Positions 1 through 10,083 are shown, counted from the first letter of the stretch. The stretch: DNA of 64,000 nucleotides from Methanothermococcus sp. Ax23 (GCF_049075655.1 NZ_CP157522.1:1504001-1568000); one strand, 5' to 3'. Notes: generated by a model from the letters alone, not told the origin. Numbers and translations: made by a program.

Positions 1-171
1 GATGTCTGTCTTGTGGGAGCTCTCGAAAATTCCGATAATGTATATGAGCTCGACACAACAAATAGAACTGTGGAATCCATAGTGGATGAGATAATTGATG
101 CCATAAATCATAAAAAAACCAAATATGGAATAGTTAATTGGTTAGATGATTATTTTTACATGCTGGATTAA
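1..171 (+). CDS. 3' end of adenylate kinase (AK6/Fap7-like), partial
   Basis: Frame 1 reads DVCLVGALENSDNVYELDTTNRTVESIVDEIIDAINHKKTKYGIVNWLDDYFYMLD*; the VYE(I/L)DTT...V(D/N)W tail is typical of archaeal AK6. Confidence 0.7.
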   Translation, partial: DVCLVGALENSDNVYELDTTNRTVESIVDEIIDAINHKKTKYGIVNWLDDYFYMLD

Positions 172-653
172 CAATATAAATATGAATAATCTTTAAATAC
201 ATACAATTTTTAATCTATTTTTTAATATTATTTTTTAATTATTTTATTTTTACGATAAACCGCCGAGAAGGTTCCAACGATTTTAATCGTTATACAAAAC
301 AAGGTTTTGTAAAATCTCTTACGAGATTGGATGAGAGGCGGACATCATTTTTTTATATGCTCCACTACATAATATATGAGTGTAATTAGAATAATAGCAT
401 ATATATAAATTTGGTGAATTCCATGCAAGTAACCAGAGTGCTGACAATAAACCTAACAAGAAAACTAACCAATGAACAATTAACAATCATAAACCATTTA
501 ACCTACTCAGCATCAAAACTCTGGAATACATCCAATTATGAAGTAATACTACAAAACATTGAACCAAATAAAATAGATGTTCAAATGAAGGATAACTTCT
601 GGTTTAAAAACCTACACTCACAATCAGCACAGGCAGTATGTCAAAAACTCTCA

Positions 654-700
654 ATTAGACGAAAACCTTCGGTTTTCGTTGCTCGCTTGCTACGCAAGCG
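654..700 (+). repeat. Two-hairpin micro-element (MJRE/REP-like) inserted in tnpB
   Basis: ATTAGA-CGAAAACC ttc GGTTTTCG-TTGCT-CGCTTGC tac GCAAGCG; its removal restores the tnpB frame. Confidence 0.9.
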
Positions 701-1093
701 ATAGCATGGCAAAACTACTTCAAACAGCACACTAAAAGACCACGATACCAACCAAAAGATGGACACTTTCCAGTAAAATGGAAGAAACAAGGTTTCAAAA
801 TCATAGGCAATAAGTTAAGGTTATCCCTATCAAAACAAACTAAAAACTATCTCAAAGAAAAGCATGTTATCAAGTCCAAGTACTTATGGGTAGATTTATC
901 GAAAACTCTACCGCTTGATACCACGCAGGTTAAAGAAGTTGAGATAGTTCCGCAGACCATCTATGGGATAACCTACCACATACTTCACTTAATCCATAAG
1001 AAACCAGTAATTCAAGAACCTATCAAAGAAGGTAATATACTAAGTATTGATTTAGGAATTAAGAATTTAGCAACCACAGTAACTAACACGGGC

Positions 1094-1141
1094 ATCAGGC
1101 GAAAACCTTCGGTTTTCGCTACTCACCAACATCAGTTGGTG
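1094..1141 (+). repeat. Two-hairpin micro-element, in-frame in tnpB
   Basis: ATCAG-GCGAAAACC ttc GGTTTTCGC-TACT-CACCAAC atca GTTGGTG; 48 bp; homologous to 654-700 and 18964-19010. Confidence 0.85.
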
Positions 1142-1654
1142 AAAGCAGTAATCTACGATGGAAGAAGGTTAATTTCTAAATTCCGATGGTTTGCTAAAAG
1201 TAAAGGAAAAATCCAATCTATCCTAACAAAGCAAGAGTTAAAATATAATAAACGATTATCCCGCTTAACAGTAAGAGAAAAGAATTATACTAAGGATTAT
1301 CTACATAAAATAAGTAAAATGATTATCGATTTTGCAGTAGATAATAAAGTTTCAAGGATTGTAATCGGCGAGTTAAACAAAGGCATTTCAAGTATTGACA
1401 TTGGAGATAGGGTTAATCAGCAATTGCATAGAATACCTTTTGGTAGGTTAGTAAGTATGATAATGTATAAAGCAGAAGAAAAGGGATTAACAGTAGAACA
1501 GGTTAATGAATCTTATACTTCTCAAACTTGTAGTAATTGTGGTGTAGTTAAAAAGAGTAATAGGAAGTACAGGGGTTTGTATGTGTGTAGTGAGTGTGGT
1601 ATGGTTTTGAATGCTGATGTGAATGCTGCTTTAAATATTTTGAAAAAAGTATTT

Positions 1655-1821
1655 TCATGTAGCGTAGCCCTAAATCTCCTAAACGGAGATAGGGGTAGTG
1701 GGCTTGGCAACCCATGTAGGGTTAGACCCTACTAAAATTAGACGAAATCACTTCGTGATTTCGTTGCTCGCTTACTACCGTAAGCGAGAACCCCACGACT
1801 TCAGTCGTGGGAGTATGTCAG
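1655..1821 (+). ncRNA. Predicted TnpB omegaRNA (reRNA) scaffold at the right end
   Basis: GC-rich multi-hairpin tract overlapping the tnpB 3' end, conserved with compensatory changes in the two derivative elements; the 5' boundary is approximate. Confidence 0.65.
1737..1786 (+). repeat. Two-hairpin micro-element inserted in the IS right end
   Basis: ATTAGA-CGAAATCAC ttc GTGATTTCG-TTGCT-CGCTTAC tacc GTAAGCG; absent from the sister copy at 16822-17139 and present in the copy at 38644-38693. Confidence 0.9.
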
Positions 1822-1841
1822 AAAAATTTAAAGTGGTTAGT

Positions 1842-2837
1842 ATGGATAAAACAAATCAAAACAGCAACAAATACATTCCAGAGGAAATTTACAATATTTT
1901 GAGAAAACAGCACTATCAAATAAAAGACCACAGTGCTGTTAAATTGTGCGGATGGGTGAGAAAATCACTTCTTGAAAACAAAAACTGCTATAAATCAAAG
2001 TTTTACGGAATAGCAACCCATAGATGCATCCAATGCACACCGTCAGCAATTTGGTGTCAGCAGAGCTGTATATTCTGTTGGAGGGTTCTCCCAGCTGATT
2101 TAAATAAATACGATAACACCAATAACCAAAATATTGGCTATAAACTGCCAGAATGGAAAGAACCTGAGGAGGTAATGAACGATATTTTTGAAATGCATAG
2201 AACCATTATAATGGGGTATAAAGGCATACTGGACAGGATAGGGGAAGAGAAATTTAGTGAAGCCATAAATCCAAAGCATGTGGCCATATCCCTATCAGGG
2301 GAGCCAACAGTTTATCCCTATTTAAAGGAATTAATTGAGTTATTCCATAAAAAAGGTTTATCAACATTTGTGGTGTCAAATGGAATATTAACCGATGTGA
2401 TAGCAGAAATAAACCCAACACAGTTATATGTTTCACTTGATGCCTATGATTTGGACAGCTATAAAAAAATATGCGGCGGAAAGGAAGCTCAGTGGGAAAA
2501 GATACTAAATACTCTCGATATACTCGAATCCAAAAAAAGAACCTGTTTAAGAACTACATTAATAAGAAACTACAACGATGACATAAAAAAATTCGTTCCA
2601 CTCTATGAAAGGGCAAATACAAACTTCATAGAATTAAAATCTTATATGAATGTTGGATATTCGAGAAAAAGATTGAATCTTGACGACATGCTCAAACATG
2701 ATGAAATAATCAATTTGAGTAAAACTCTTGAAGAAAACAGCTTCTACAAACTTGAAGATGATTCATTTGACAGTAGGGTATCCCTTCTTGTAAATGAAAA
2801 TAGGAGGATAAATCCAAAAATTAAATTTGATTATTAA
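1842..2837 (+). CDS. taw1: 4-demethylwyosine synthase Taw1/TYW1 (radical SAM)
   Basis: HSAVKLCGW, CYKSKFYGI, CQQSCIFCWR, HVAISLSGEPT motifs; start moved to ATG 1842 (after GTGGT RBS-like) because the upstream part of the listed ORF is IS sequence. Confidence 0.92.
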   Translation: MDKTNQNSNKYIPEEIYNILRKQHYQIKDHSAVKLCGWVRKSLLENKNCYKSKFYGIATHRCIQCTPSAIWCQQSCIFCWRVLPADLNKYDNTNNQNIGYKLPEWKEPEEVMNDIFEMHRTIIMGYKGILDRIGEEKFSEAINPKHVAISLSGEPTVYPYLKELIELFHKKGLSTFVVSNGILTDVIAEINPTQLYVSLDAYDLDSYKKICGGKEAQWEKILNTLDILESKKRTCLRTTLIRNYNDDIKKFVPLYERANTNFIELKSYMNVGYSRKRLNLDDMLKHDEIINLSKTLEENSFYKLEDDSFDSRVSLLVNENRRINPKIKFDY

Positions 2838-3626
<789 letters not shown>

Positions 3627-3641
3627 TTAATAATAATATAA

Positions 3642-3774
3642 GTTTCTTACGAAACCTTGTAATCTGCAATAATCACTTCGTGATTATCGACCTACAAAGT
3701 CTCTTACGAGACTTTGTAATCCGTAAAATTCCTTCGGAATTTTAACCTACAAGGTTTCTTACGAAACCTTGTAG
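3642..3774. repeat. Tandem array of alternating hairpins between convergent pstK and mcm
   Basis: CTTACGA(A/G)AC(C/T)TTGTA recurs at ~3646, 3703 and 3758 (period 55-57), alternating with the hairpins TAATCAC ttc GTGATTA and AAAATTCC ttc GGAATTTT. Confidence 0.85.
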
Positions 3775-5924
3775 TATCCAAACTTTGGGGAGTATATATC
3801 AGCACTCTTTTTTAATTTTTCAAGTATGTCTTCAACTTCTTTTTCTGATATGTTGTATTCTGATGCCTTTTCAACAATATCCTCTTCATAAGCTAATCCA
3901 TTATCTGATAATACAGATAATTCCCTTATTATATCCACTATTTTATCCATTTTATCGACTTTTGATTTAGGGAGCTGACCCATTGCCTTTCCTATGTCGT
4001 ATTTTCCAGTTTCTGGGTCGTAAGCAACCTGATTTAAACACTCTTCAATAATATCTATGGCAATTTTTGCATCCTTTTCTTCAACCTTTTTTGATAATCT
4101 TGCCTTTGCGTGCATCTCTGAAATTCTTATTGCCGCTTCCAGCTGTCTGGCAGTCACAGGTATTGGATTGTCCCCTTCCCCCAACCTCCTCATATTTACA
4201 TAATAATCTTTTATTAGTTTTTTTGCAGATTTTGTTAAATAAGGATTCTTTAACTTTGTTTCATCAACTTCCCCCATAAACAGCGAATGATTATCTTCAA
4301 AGTATGCACAGGTTCGAGAGTAGATTATATAATTCTTTATCAGGTTTTCATCTACCTTTATTCCATCTATATTAATAGAACCGAGTATTTTATAGTCTTT
4401 AACTGCTGTTTCTATGTGGGTGTTTAAAATATGTTCGGCTATTTCTTCATCCCTCTTTCTATCTGGAATGTCTTTTAGTGGAAATATTAAATCAAACCTA
4501 CTTAGAAGTGGAGATGGAACATTTATCTGTTCTATCACCCCTAAATTTGGGTCGAACCTTCCACGCTTTGGATTACATGCTGCAAGAACAGCACATTTTG
4601 CGGGAAGTTTTACATTTATGCCTCCCTTATTTACGTGAATTGTCTGGGACTCCATGGCTTCAAGGATAAACTTCATTACATTTTTATCCACAGTGAGCTC
4701 ATCTATACAGGCAGTCCCTTCATTAGCCCTAACAAAGACACCAGGCTTTACAACCCATCCATCCCCTATTTCTGTGCTTTCCCTTACAACATTTGCTGTA
4801 AGACCTCCACCTGTTGCAGTGGTAACGGATGCATAGGCATTCTGTGGAAACAATCTTGCTATCTTCCTTAACATTGTAGATTTACCAATCCCGGGGTCTG
4901 TGATTAAAAGTATGTGGCTGTCCTTTCTTAACTGTGAGCCGTCGGGAAGAAACTTTGTGCATCCCTTTATCTGCTGTAAAAATATTGCCTTCTTTACGAG
5001 CTCATATCCCTTAATTTGAGGTATAAGATACTGGGATAAAATATCCACTATATTTTTTTTCTTCCCTAATTCGTTCAATATTTCCATCAAATCGTAATTA
5101 TTTATAATGTCCCTTACTTCTATTTTTTGGAAGCTCTCATTTAATTTTATTCTGTTGCTTTTAACATATATTTCAAAAACAGGCATATTTGGTTTTGTGA
5201 ATTTTTTCATAACTGTTCCAACAACATCCACTCTTCCGGAGTATATTCCCTCAGAGTTCTCAAGAAACGCCCTAATACTCCTTGGTGGGTCGTCAGGGTT
5301 TTTCATAAGGTCTATGGGTTGTTGGATTTCCAACTCTTGTATATTTATATAGGTGGAACTATCTAAATCAAGAGACATTTCAGCTCCACAGTTTTTATTG
5401 TTGCAGAACATCTTTGGAAAGGTAAAATAATCGTGTATAGTTTTATACTGTATATTTCCGCAGTTTCTACATACAAAACATGCTTTTTTTAACAATGCAC
5501 AGACTTTTGCCGCTTTTATTATGTTTCCTTCAAATTTTACAAGTTTATTAATATCCGAGGAGTTTATCTCATCTATCTTTTTTTCGCATCCAAGGGGTCT
5601 TTTAAATGCTATTTGGATTTTTTCCAATTCCTTTCTTATTTTATTGTCATCTCCAAAGAGCTCCATGTATGCTTCTTTAAATATGTAAAAAATAGTTCCT
5701 TCAACCTTTGTAGGATTTTCTATGATTATATCGTTTATTTCGCAAATTTCAGGATAACTGCTTAAAAAATCTTCTATATCAAACTCAAAAATATTATTTT
5801 CAATAAAATTTGATGAAAGATTTGTTTTTATATGCTGTTTTATTTTATCGCCATATGTATTTAGAAAATGCTCTTCATCGAATTCTAAATAATCCAATTC
5901 TTTATTCATAATATCCCTTGGCAT
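3759..5924 (-). CDS. mcm: MCM replicative helicase (Methanococcales paralog, probably McmD-like)
   Basis: Zn finger CRNC..CNNKNC, Walker A DPGIGKS, ACIDEL, EAMESQTI, LLSRFDL, TARQLEA; ~20-aa C-terminal insert. Confidence 0.95.
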   Translation of the reverse strand: MPRDIMNKELDYLEFDEEHFLNTYGDKIKQHIKTNLSSNFIENNIFEFDIEDFLSSYPEICEINDIIIENPTKVEGTIFYIFKEAYMELFGDDNKIRKELEKIQIAFKRPLGCEKKIDEINSSDINKLVKFEGNIIKAAKVCALLKKACFVCRNCGNIQYKTIHDYFTFPKMFCNNKNCGAEMSLDLDSSTYINIQELEIQQPIDLMKNPDDPPRSIRAFLENSEGIYSGRVDVVGTVMKKFTKPNMPVFEIYVKSNRIKLNESFQKIEVRDIINNYDLMEILNELGKKKNIVDILSQYLIPQIKGYELVKKAIFLQQIKGCTKFLPDGSQLRKDSHILLITDPGIGKSTMLRKIARLFPQNAYASVTTATGGGLTANVVRESTEIGDGWVVKPGVFVRANEGTACIDELTVDKNVMKFILEAMESQTIHVNKGGINVKLPAKCAVLAACNPKRGRFDPNLGVIEQINVPSPLLSRFDLIFPLKDIPDRKRDEEIAEHILNTHIETAVKDYKILGSINIDGIKVDENLIKNYIIYSRTCAYFEDNHSLFMGEVDETKLKNPYLTKSAKKLIKDYYVNMRRLGEGDNPIPVTARQLEAAIRISEMHAKARLSKKVEEKDAKIAIDIIEECLNQVAYDPETGKYDIGKAMGQLPKSKVDKMDKIVDIIRELSVLSDNGLAYEEDIVEKASEYNISEKEVEDILEKLKKSADIYSPKFGYYKVS

Positions 5925-5938
5925 TCTATATATTCCAT

Positions 5939-6445
5939 TTATGGATTTTTAAATTCTAAATTTTTAAGTTTAAAAACGAGCTCCTTTAAATCTTCAATAT
6001 TTTTAACCTTTATGTCCTTTTTTTGAGGGAATTTTAATATAACCTCATCAAATAAATTCGTGTTCATGGGTTTTTTAATGAGGTAGTAATATCTCGATAT
6101 GCAATTTATTCTCGCAGTTATGAGCTCACTTAGATAATTTAAACAGGTATTTATATTATTCATATCGTCGGTAATTAAATAGCCTGATTTTTTTGATTTT
6201 AAAAATGCAATCCCAACAAGTATTTCTTCAAGTGGATACTTTATGAGCTCCTTTGATTTCTGCTGTTCCTTCTTTAATTCATAAAGAGATATTGCCAAAT
6301 CTTGAAGGCTGTCCCACTGTAAATCAAAATCAACATTTCCATTGTCTATATCTTCCTTTTTAAGTTTCCATAGTGGAACTTCCTTACCATCAACTATTAC
6401 TTCGTATTCCAGACATTTTTGGAATAATACTTCATAAACATCCAT
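5939..6445 (-). CDS. Hypothetical protein directly upstream of mcm
   Basis: 168-aa ORF with GTGA RBS-like site, 14 bp from the mcm start, typical codon usage. Confidence 0.75.
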   Translation of the reverse strand: MDVYEVLFQKCLEYEVIVDGKEVPLWKLKKEDIDNGNVDFDLQWDSLQDLAISLYELKKEQQKSKELIKYPLEEILVGIAFLKSKKSGYLITDDMNNINTCLNYLSELITARINCISRYYYLIKKPMNTNLFDEVILKFPQKKDIKVKNIEDLKELVFKLKNLEFKNP

Positions 6446-6597
6446 GTTTTCACTGTTAAATTGTTATTAATAAAATTCACTGTTTGTAAATAGTTATTAC
6501 TTAGTGCTATTATAGGATATTGCCTATATTTATTAATTATATGTCGTAATTATATATTCTGCCAAGGGGTCTTCCCAATGTGAGTATTGGTGAGTTT

Positions 6598-7905
6598 TTA
6601 TACTTGTAAAAGAGCTCTACCATTTAAATCTACAATATAACTCACATCGGGATTGGGTGGCATCAATCTCAACTCTCCTCTGGGTTCATCGGAGAGTAAA
6701 TCATCGACCTTCACCCCAGTCACGGGAACCCCAACTCCGCCTAATAATTTTTCAACTAATTTAATTCCTCTTTTAAATACATTAAAACAACCAACAAATT
6801 GCCTATTAAAATCCCCACAATTATTGCATTTAACAACCTCCCCCTCTTGGGACTCCATTCTACTCCCGCATACGGGACAGGTTTTTGAAGTGTAGTGGGG
6901 ATTAACATAAACAACAACACTCTTATACTCTAATTTCCCAGCTATTCTTCTCCAATTACTTCTATCTAAATCCCTATTGAATTTAGAGTTTTTACCATAC
7001 ATGTTAAACTTATCTAAATCTTCAAATACTAAAATTGCATTAGGAAAGAGTTTAGATAGTTGGGAAGTGAGTTTGTTAATAAAATCATTAACTCGATTTT
7101 TTCTCCTATTCCAGTATTTTCTAAGTAGTTTGCTAATCCTCTTAGGGGCTTTTTTATAGATTGATTTTAACCTATCGATTATTACATCATAAATCCCCTT
7201 AATCCTATGCAATTCAGACAAATCAACTCTAATCCAACCTTTTTCTGAGTGATATAAGTCCAATGACTTTAAATTACTATCAATTCCAATAATTACTTCC
7301 TTATCAGATAAATCCAACTGTCTTTTGAAGGTTATTAATGCCTCATTATCCTTTAAAATAACCTCTCCAACATTAAAGTTCTTAATTTTTTCGTAGAACC
7401 ACGCATCCTTAATATTTAAAACCAAATACTCCTTTCTCGGTTTTATGGTAATTCTTATATTTCCATTTTCTTTATCATGTCTTATTAGGGTGTTTTTAAC
7501 TCTAACAAAAGGTCTTTTGAATGTTGGTTTGTTTATTTCCCTGTTACCGTTTAAATAATTTGATTTCCAACTGTTTATTGTAGAGTAGGCGGTTTTAATA
7601 GCTCCATCGATATAATGAGATGCAAACTCCCAACCTTTTAATGAGTGATTTCTTAACTCTCTTTTGAAATCTTTATCCTTTGGAATTTCTGGGATTAGTC
7701 GAGTAGTTTTGTAGTATTTGTATTTCTTTCCTACTTTGTATCGATGTTTAATTGTCTTTTCTTTCCAATTTATATTTTTCCAAATAATATTAATGGCTTC
7801 ATTTAAGATTTTTAGAAATTCTTCTGGTAGGTTTTTTAAATCGTAATTGTGTTTAACTTTGTATGTTAGGATAATTTCGGTTGGGATTTTGTTTTTATTT
7901 GGCAT
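6598..7905 (-). CDS. tnpB: IS607-associated TnpB
   Basis: IGIDSN (RuvC-I), VFEDL (RuvC-II), PHYTSKTCPVC..CNNC; RuvC-III region reads NRQFVGCFNV. Confidence 0.9.
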   Translation of the reverse strand: MPNKNKIPTEIILTYKVKHNYDLKNLPEEFLKILNEAINIIWKNINWKEKTIKHRYKVGKKYKYYKTTRLIPEIPKDKDFKRELRNHSLKGWEFASHYIDGAIKTAYSTINSWKSNYLNGNREINKPTFKRPFVRVKNTLIRHDKENGNIRITIKPRKEYLVLNIKDAWFYEKIKNFNVGEVILKDNEALITFKRQLDLSDKEVIIGIDSNLKSLDLYHSEKGWIRVDLSELHRIKGIYDVIIDRLKSIYKKAPKRISKLLRKYWNRRKNRVNDFINKLTSQLSKLFPNAILVFEDLDKFNMYGKNSKFNRDLDRSNWRRIAGKLEYKSVVVYVNPHYTSKTCPVCGSRMESQEGEVVKCNNCGDFNRQFVGCFNVFKRGIKLVEKLLGGVGVPVTGVKVDDLLSDEPRGELRLMPPNPDVSYIVDLNGRALLQV

Positions 7906-8524
7906 TATCCACCCTTATGATTTCTTTAATTGTTTTGATAAGCTTTTTATACTTGTGAGAACGCATTCCCTAAAGCTTTCCTGCAAAGTGGGAAACAATT
8001 GTTATTAAATCTTCAACCAATTCTTCTTGTGGGGTCTTCTGTCGTTTGTTTATAATTACAATTTCAGTCCCATAAGATTTAAAAAACTCTTTTAACGTTT
8101 CAAAACCAAATCTCGTCAATCTATCTGAGTAAGTAATTATTACTTTCTCAACCTCTCGGTTTATAACCATTTTTAAAAGTTTTTTGTAGTTTTTCCTCTT
8201 TTCATTTAATCCACTACCAATATCTTTTAATATTTCCACATTCCAATTTAAATCTCTTGCGTATGATTTTATCATGTCTATTTGTCTTTCTAAATCATCC
8301 TTTTGTGTATTTGATGATACTCTTACATATCCGATAATTTTTCTTTGTTCTTTGTCTTTAATTCCTAAGATTCGTTTTATCTCACTCTCTGGAACTCTTC
8401 TCTTTCCTCCTATGGTTCTAACACATTTAATTTTTCCCTCCCTATCCCATTTTTGCAGTGTTTTTATATGAACTCCCAACAATTCACAAGCTTCCTTCAT
8501 CGTATATACTCTTTCTAAACTCAC
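7895..8524 (-). pseudogene. tnpA: IS607 serine-recombinase TnpA with a premature TAG at 7970-7972
   Basis: MerR-like HTH, GYVRVSS catalytic motif, DIGSG, DRLTRFG; reads HFAGKL*GMRSHKYKKL..., with the stop replacing the Tyr of the conserved LYGMRS. Confidence 0.8.
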
Positions 8525-8634
8525 ATTTACTCACCAATAATAACTAACACTCATCTAATATATAACAGTTTCGGAAGGTATATATGATTTTATTTTTATG
8601 TTATTCTGTGATATAACTTCAATCTGACTTATAA

Positions 8635-8967
8635 CTAATCTCGTATTATTTTAACTCCGTTCTTTTTAGCCAATTCCTGTGCAGGTTTTGTAAATTTAAC
8701 CCTTTTACTAACGTGGAACACAGGTTTTGCCCTAATTTTATTTGATTTTTTAATGTGTTTTTCTACATCCGCACTTGTTAATGTTTGTTTTCCGCTTTTA
8801 ACTTCAATAGAGTATTTTTTATTGCCCCTTTTTGTTATTATATCATATTCTGCTTTTTTATGTTGATTCAATCTTTTAACTGAATTTCGTTCTAATATTT
8901 TGTGCCCCGATTTTTTTAATTTGTTAGCTACAATACTTTCTTTTTTACTTCCTTTTCTTTTTGCCAT
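8635..8967 (-). CDS. Small basic PD-(D/E)XK restriction-endonuclease-like (Mrr_cat-like) protein
   Basis: E..VA..L, EYDII, IEVKSG and FTKPAQELAKKNGVKII motifs. Confidence 0.65.
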   Translation of the reverse strand: MAKRKGSKKESIVANKLKKSGHKILERNSVKRLNQHKKAEYDIITKRGNKKYSIEVKSGKQTLTSADVEKHIKKSNKIRAKPVFHVSKRVKFTKPAQELAKKNGVKIIRD

Positions 8968-9079
8968 ATTATCACTTAAAAAATAAAAATAAATAAAAAT
9001 ACATAATTTTCCTTGGCTAAAACTAAAATAAATATAAGCAGTAATATGTTTTATATTTATTGCATATTATATTTGCATT

Positions 9080-9481
9080 TTATCCAAAAAATAGGTTTAT
9101 TTCCCTTTCCGCACTTTCTTTTGAATCCGATGCATGCACTAAATTATCCGGCGTGGAATATGCAAAGTCTCCCCTTATGGTTCCAGCATCTGCTTCCAAA
9201 GGATTTGTTTTTCCAATCATTTTTCTAACAACAGAAATGGCATTTTCCCCTTCAATTACCATTGTCACAACTCTTCCTGATGTCATAAAATTTACAAGTC
9301 TTTCATAATAATCCCTGCCTTTGTGTTCTTCGTAGTGTCTCTCTGCGAGCTCCCGCGAAATTGTCAGCATCTTCATATCTAATATATCAAATCCCTTGTC
9401 TTCAAATCTCTGGATAATTCTACCCACAAGCTTTCTCCTAACTGCATCAGGTTTTAACATGACAAAAGTTTTTTCTTTCAT
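9080..9481 (-). CDS. ndk: Nucleoside diphosphate kinase
   Basis: EKTFVMLKPDAV, GTIRGDF, NLVHASDS; start set at ATG 9481. Confidence 0.97.
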   Translation of the reverse strand: MKEKTFVMLKPDAVRRKLVGRIIQRFEDKGFDILDMKMLTISRELAERHYEEHKGRDYYERLVNFMTSGRVVTMVIEGENAISVVRKMIGKTNPLEADAGTIRGDFAYSTPDNLVHASDSKESAEREINLFFG

Positions 9482-9612
9482 AACGCCCCTCCATATAAAA
9501 CTATAACTATAAAATAGCAAAATTAAAAATACCAAAATACCATAAAATAATATAAAGTATGTATGATATATAAGAGTTGTCAAAAATATACAACAACATA
9601 TATGGTGAAATC

Positions 9613-10083
9613 ATGATATGTATAATCATGGGAAGTGAAAGTGATTTAAAAATTGCTGAAAAAGGAGTAAATATTTTAAAAGAATTTGGCGTAGATTTCG
9701 AAGTAAGAGTAGCCTCTGCTCATAGAACACCTGAGCTCGTAGAAGATATTATTAAAAACAGTGATGCAAAGGTATTCATAGCAATTGCAGGACTTGCGGC
9801 ACACCTTCCTGGTGTTGTGGCGGCATTAACAACAAAACCAGTAATTGCAGTTCCTGTTGAAAGCAAACTTGATGGAATGGATGCTCTTTTAAGCTGTGTT
9901 CAGATGCCTCCAGGAATACCTACTGCAACAGTTGGAATCGATAGAGGAGATAATGCGGCAATTTTAGCTGTTGAGATGCTCGCTATATCGGATGAAGAAC
10001 TATCAAAAAAATTAAAGGAATTCAGAGAAAAACAGAAAGAAAAGGTTATGAAATCAGATGAAAAAGTTAGAAACTTATTCTAA
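9613..10083 (+). CDS. purE: N5-carboxyaminoimidazole ribonucleotide mutase
   Basis: [31 protein letters not shown]; GGTGA RBS before ATG 9613. Confidence 0.97.
   Translation: MICIIMGSESDLKIAEKGVNILKEFGVDFEVRVASAHRTPELVEDIIKNSDAKVFIAIAGLAAHLPGVVAALTTKPVIAVPVESKLDGMDALLSCVQMPPGIPTATVGIDRGDNAAILAVEMLAISDEELSKKLKEFREKQKEKVMKSDEKVRNLF

Larger units (their letters stand above)
423..1735 (+). pseudogene. tnpB: TnpB RNA-guided nuclease, frameshifted by a 47-bp insertion (654-700) and carrying an in-frame 48-bp insertion (1094-1141)
   Basis: Removing 654-700 joins ...AVCQKLS to IAWQNYFK... in an open frame through SIDLGIKNLA (RuvC-I), IVIGEL (RuvC-II), ESYTSQTCSNC..CSEC (Zn finger) and NADVNAALNI (RuvC-III). 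Confidence 0.9.
254..1821 (+). mobile_element. IS200/IS605-family tnpB-only (IS1341-like) element
   Basis: Begins GATAAACCGCCG right after TTAC (250-253); subterminal hairpins at both ends (CCAACGATTTTAATCGTT; CCCACGACTTCAGTCGTGGG); ends ...GTCAG; the same ends recur at 16822-17139 and 38609-40034; encodes TnpB. Confidence 0.9.
6566..8578 (-). mobile_element. IS607-family element (serine recombinase TnpA + TnpB); ends approximate
   Basis: tnpA-tnpB pair; GG at both putative ends; short (A)CTCA-type direct repeats near the ends. Confidence 0.85.

Noticed and set aside
1698-1841. 48-aa N-terminal extension of Taw1 in the ORF track
   Set aside because: Mostly IS right-end and micro-element sequence read in frame by chance; the same peptide appears at 38526-38732
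3642-3774. Possible mini CRISPR array
   Set aside because: The putative spacers are themselves related hairpins, the repeats covary rather than staying identical, and there is no leader or cas gene
7970-7972. Pyrrolysine or read-through codon in tnpA
   Set aside because: Methanococcales are not known to encode Pyl; a TAY-to-TAG point mutation explains it
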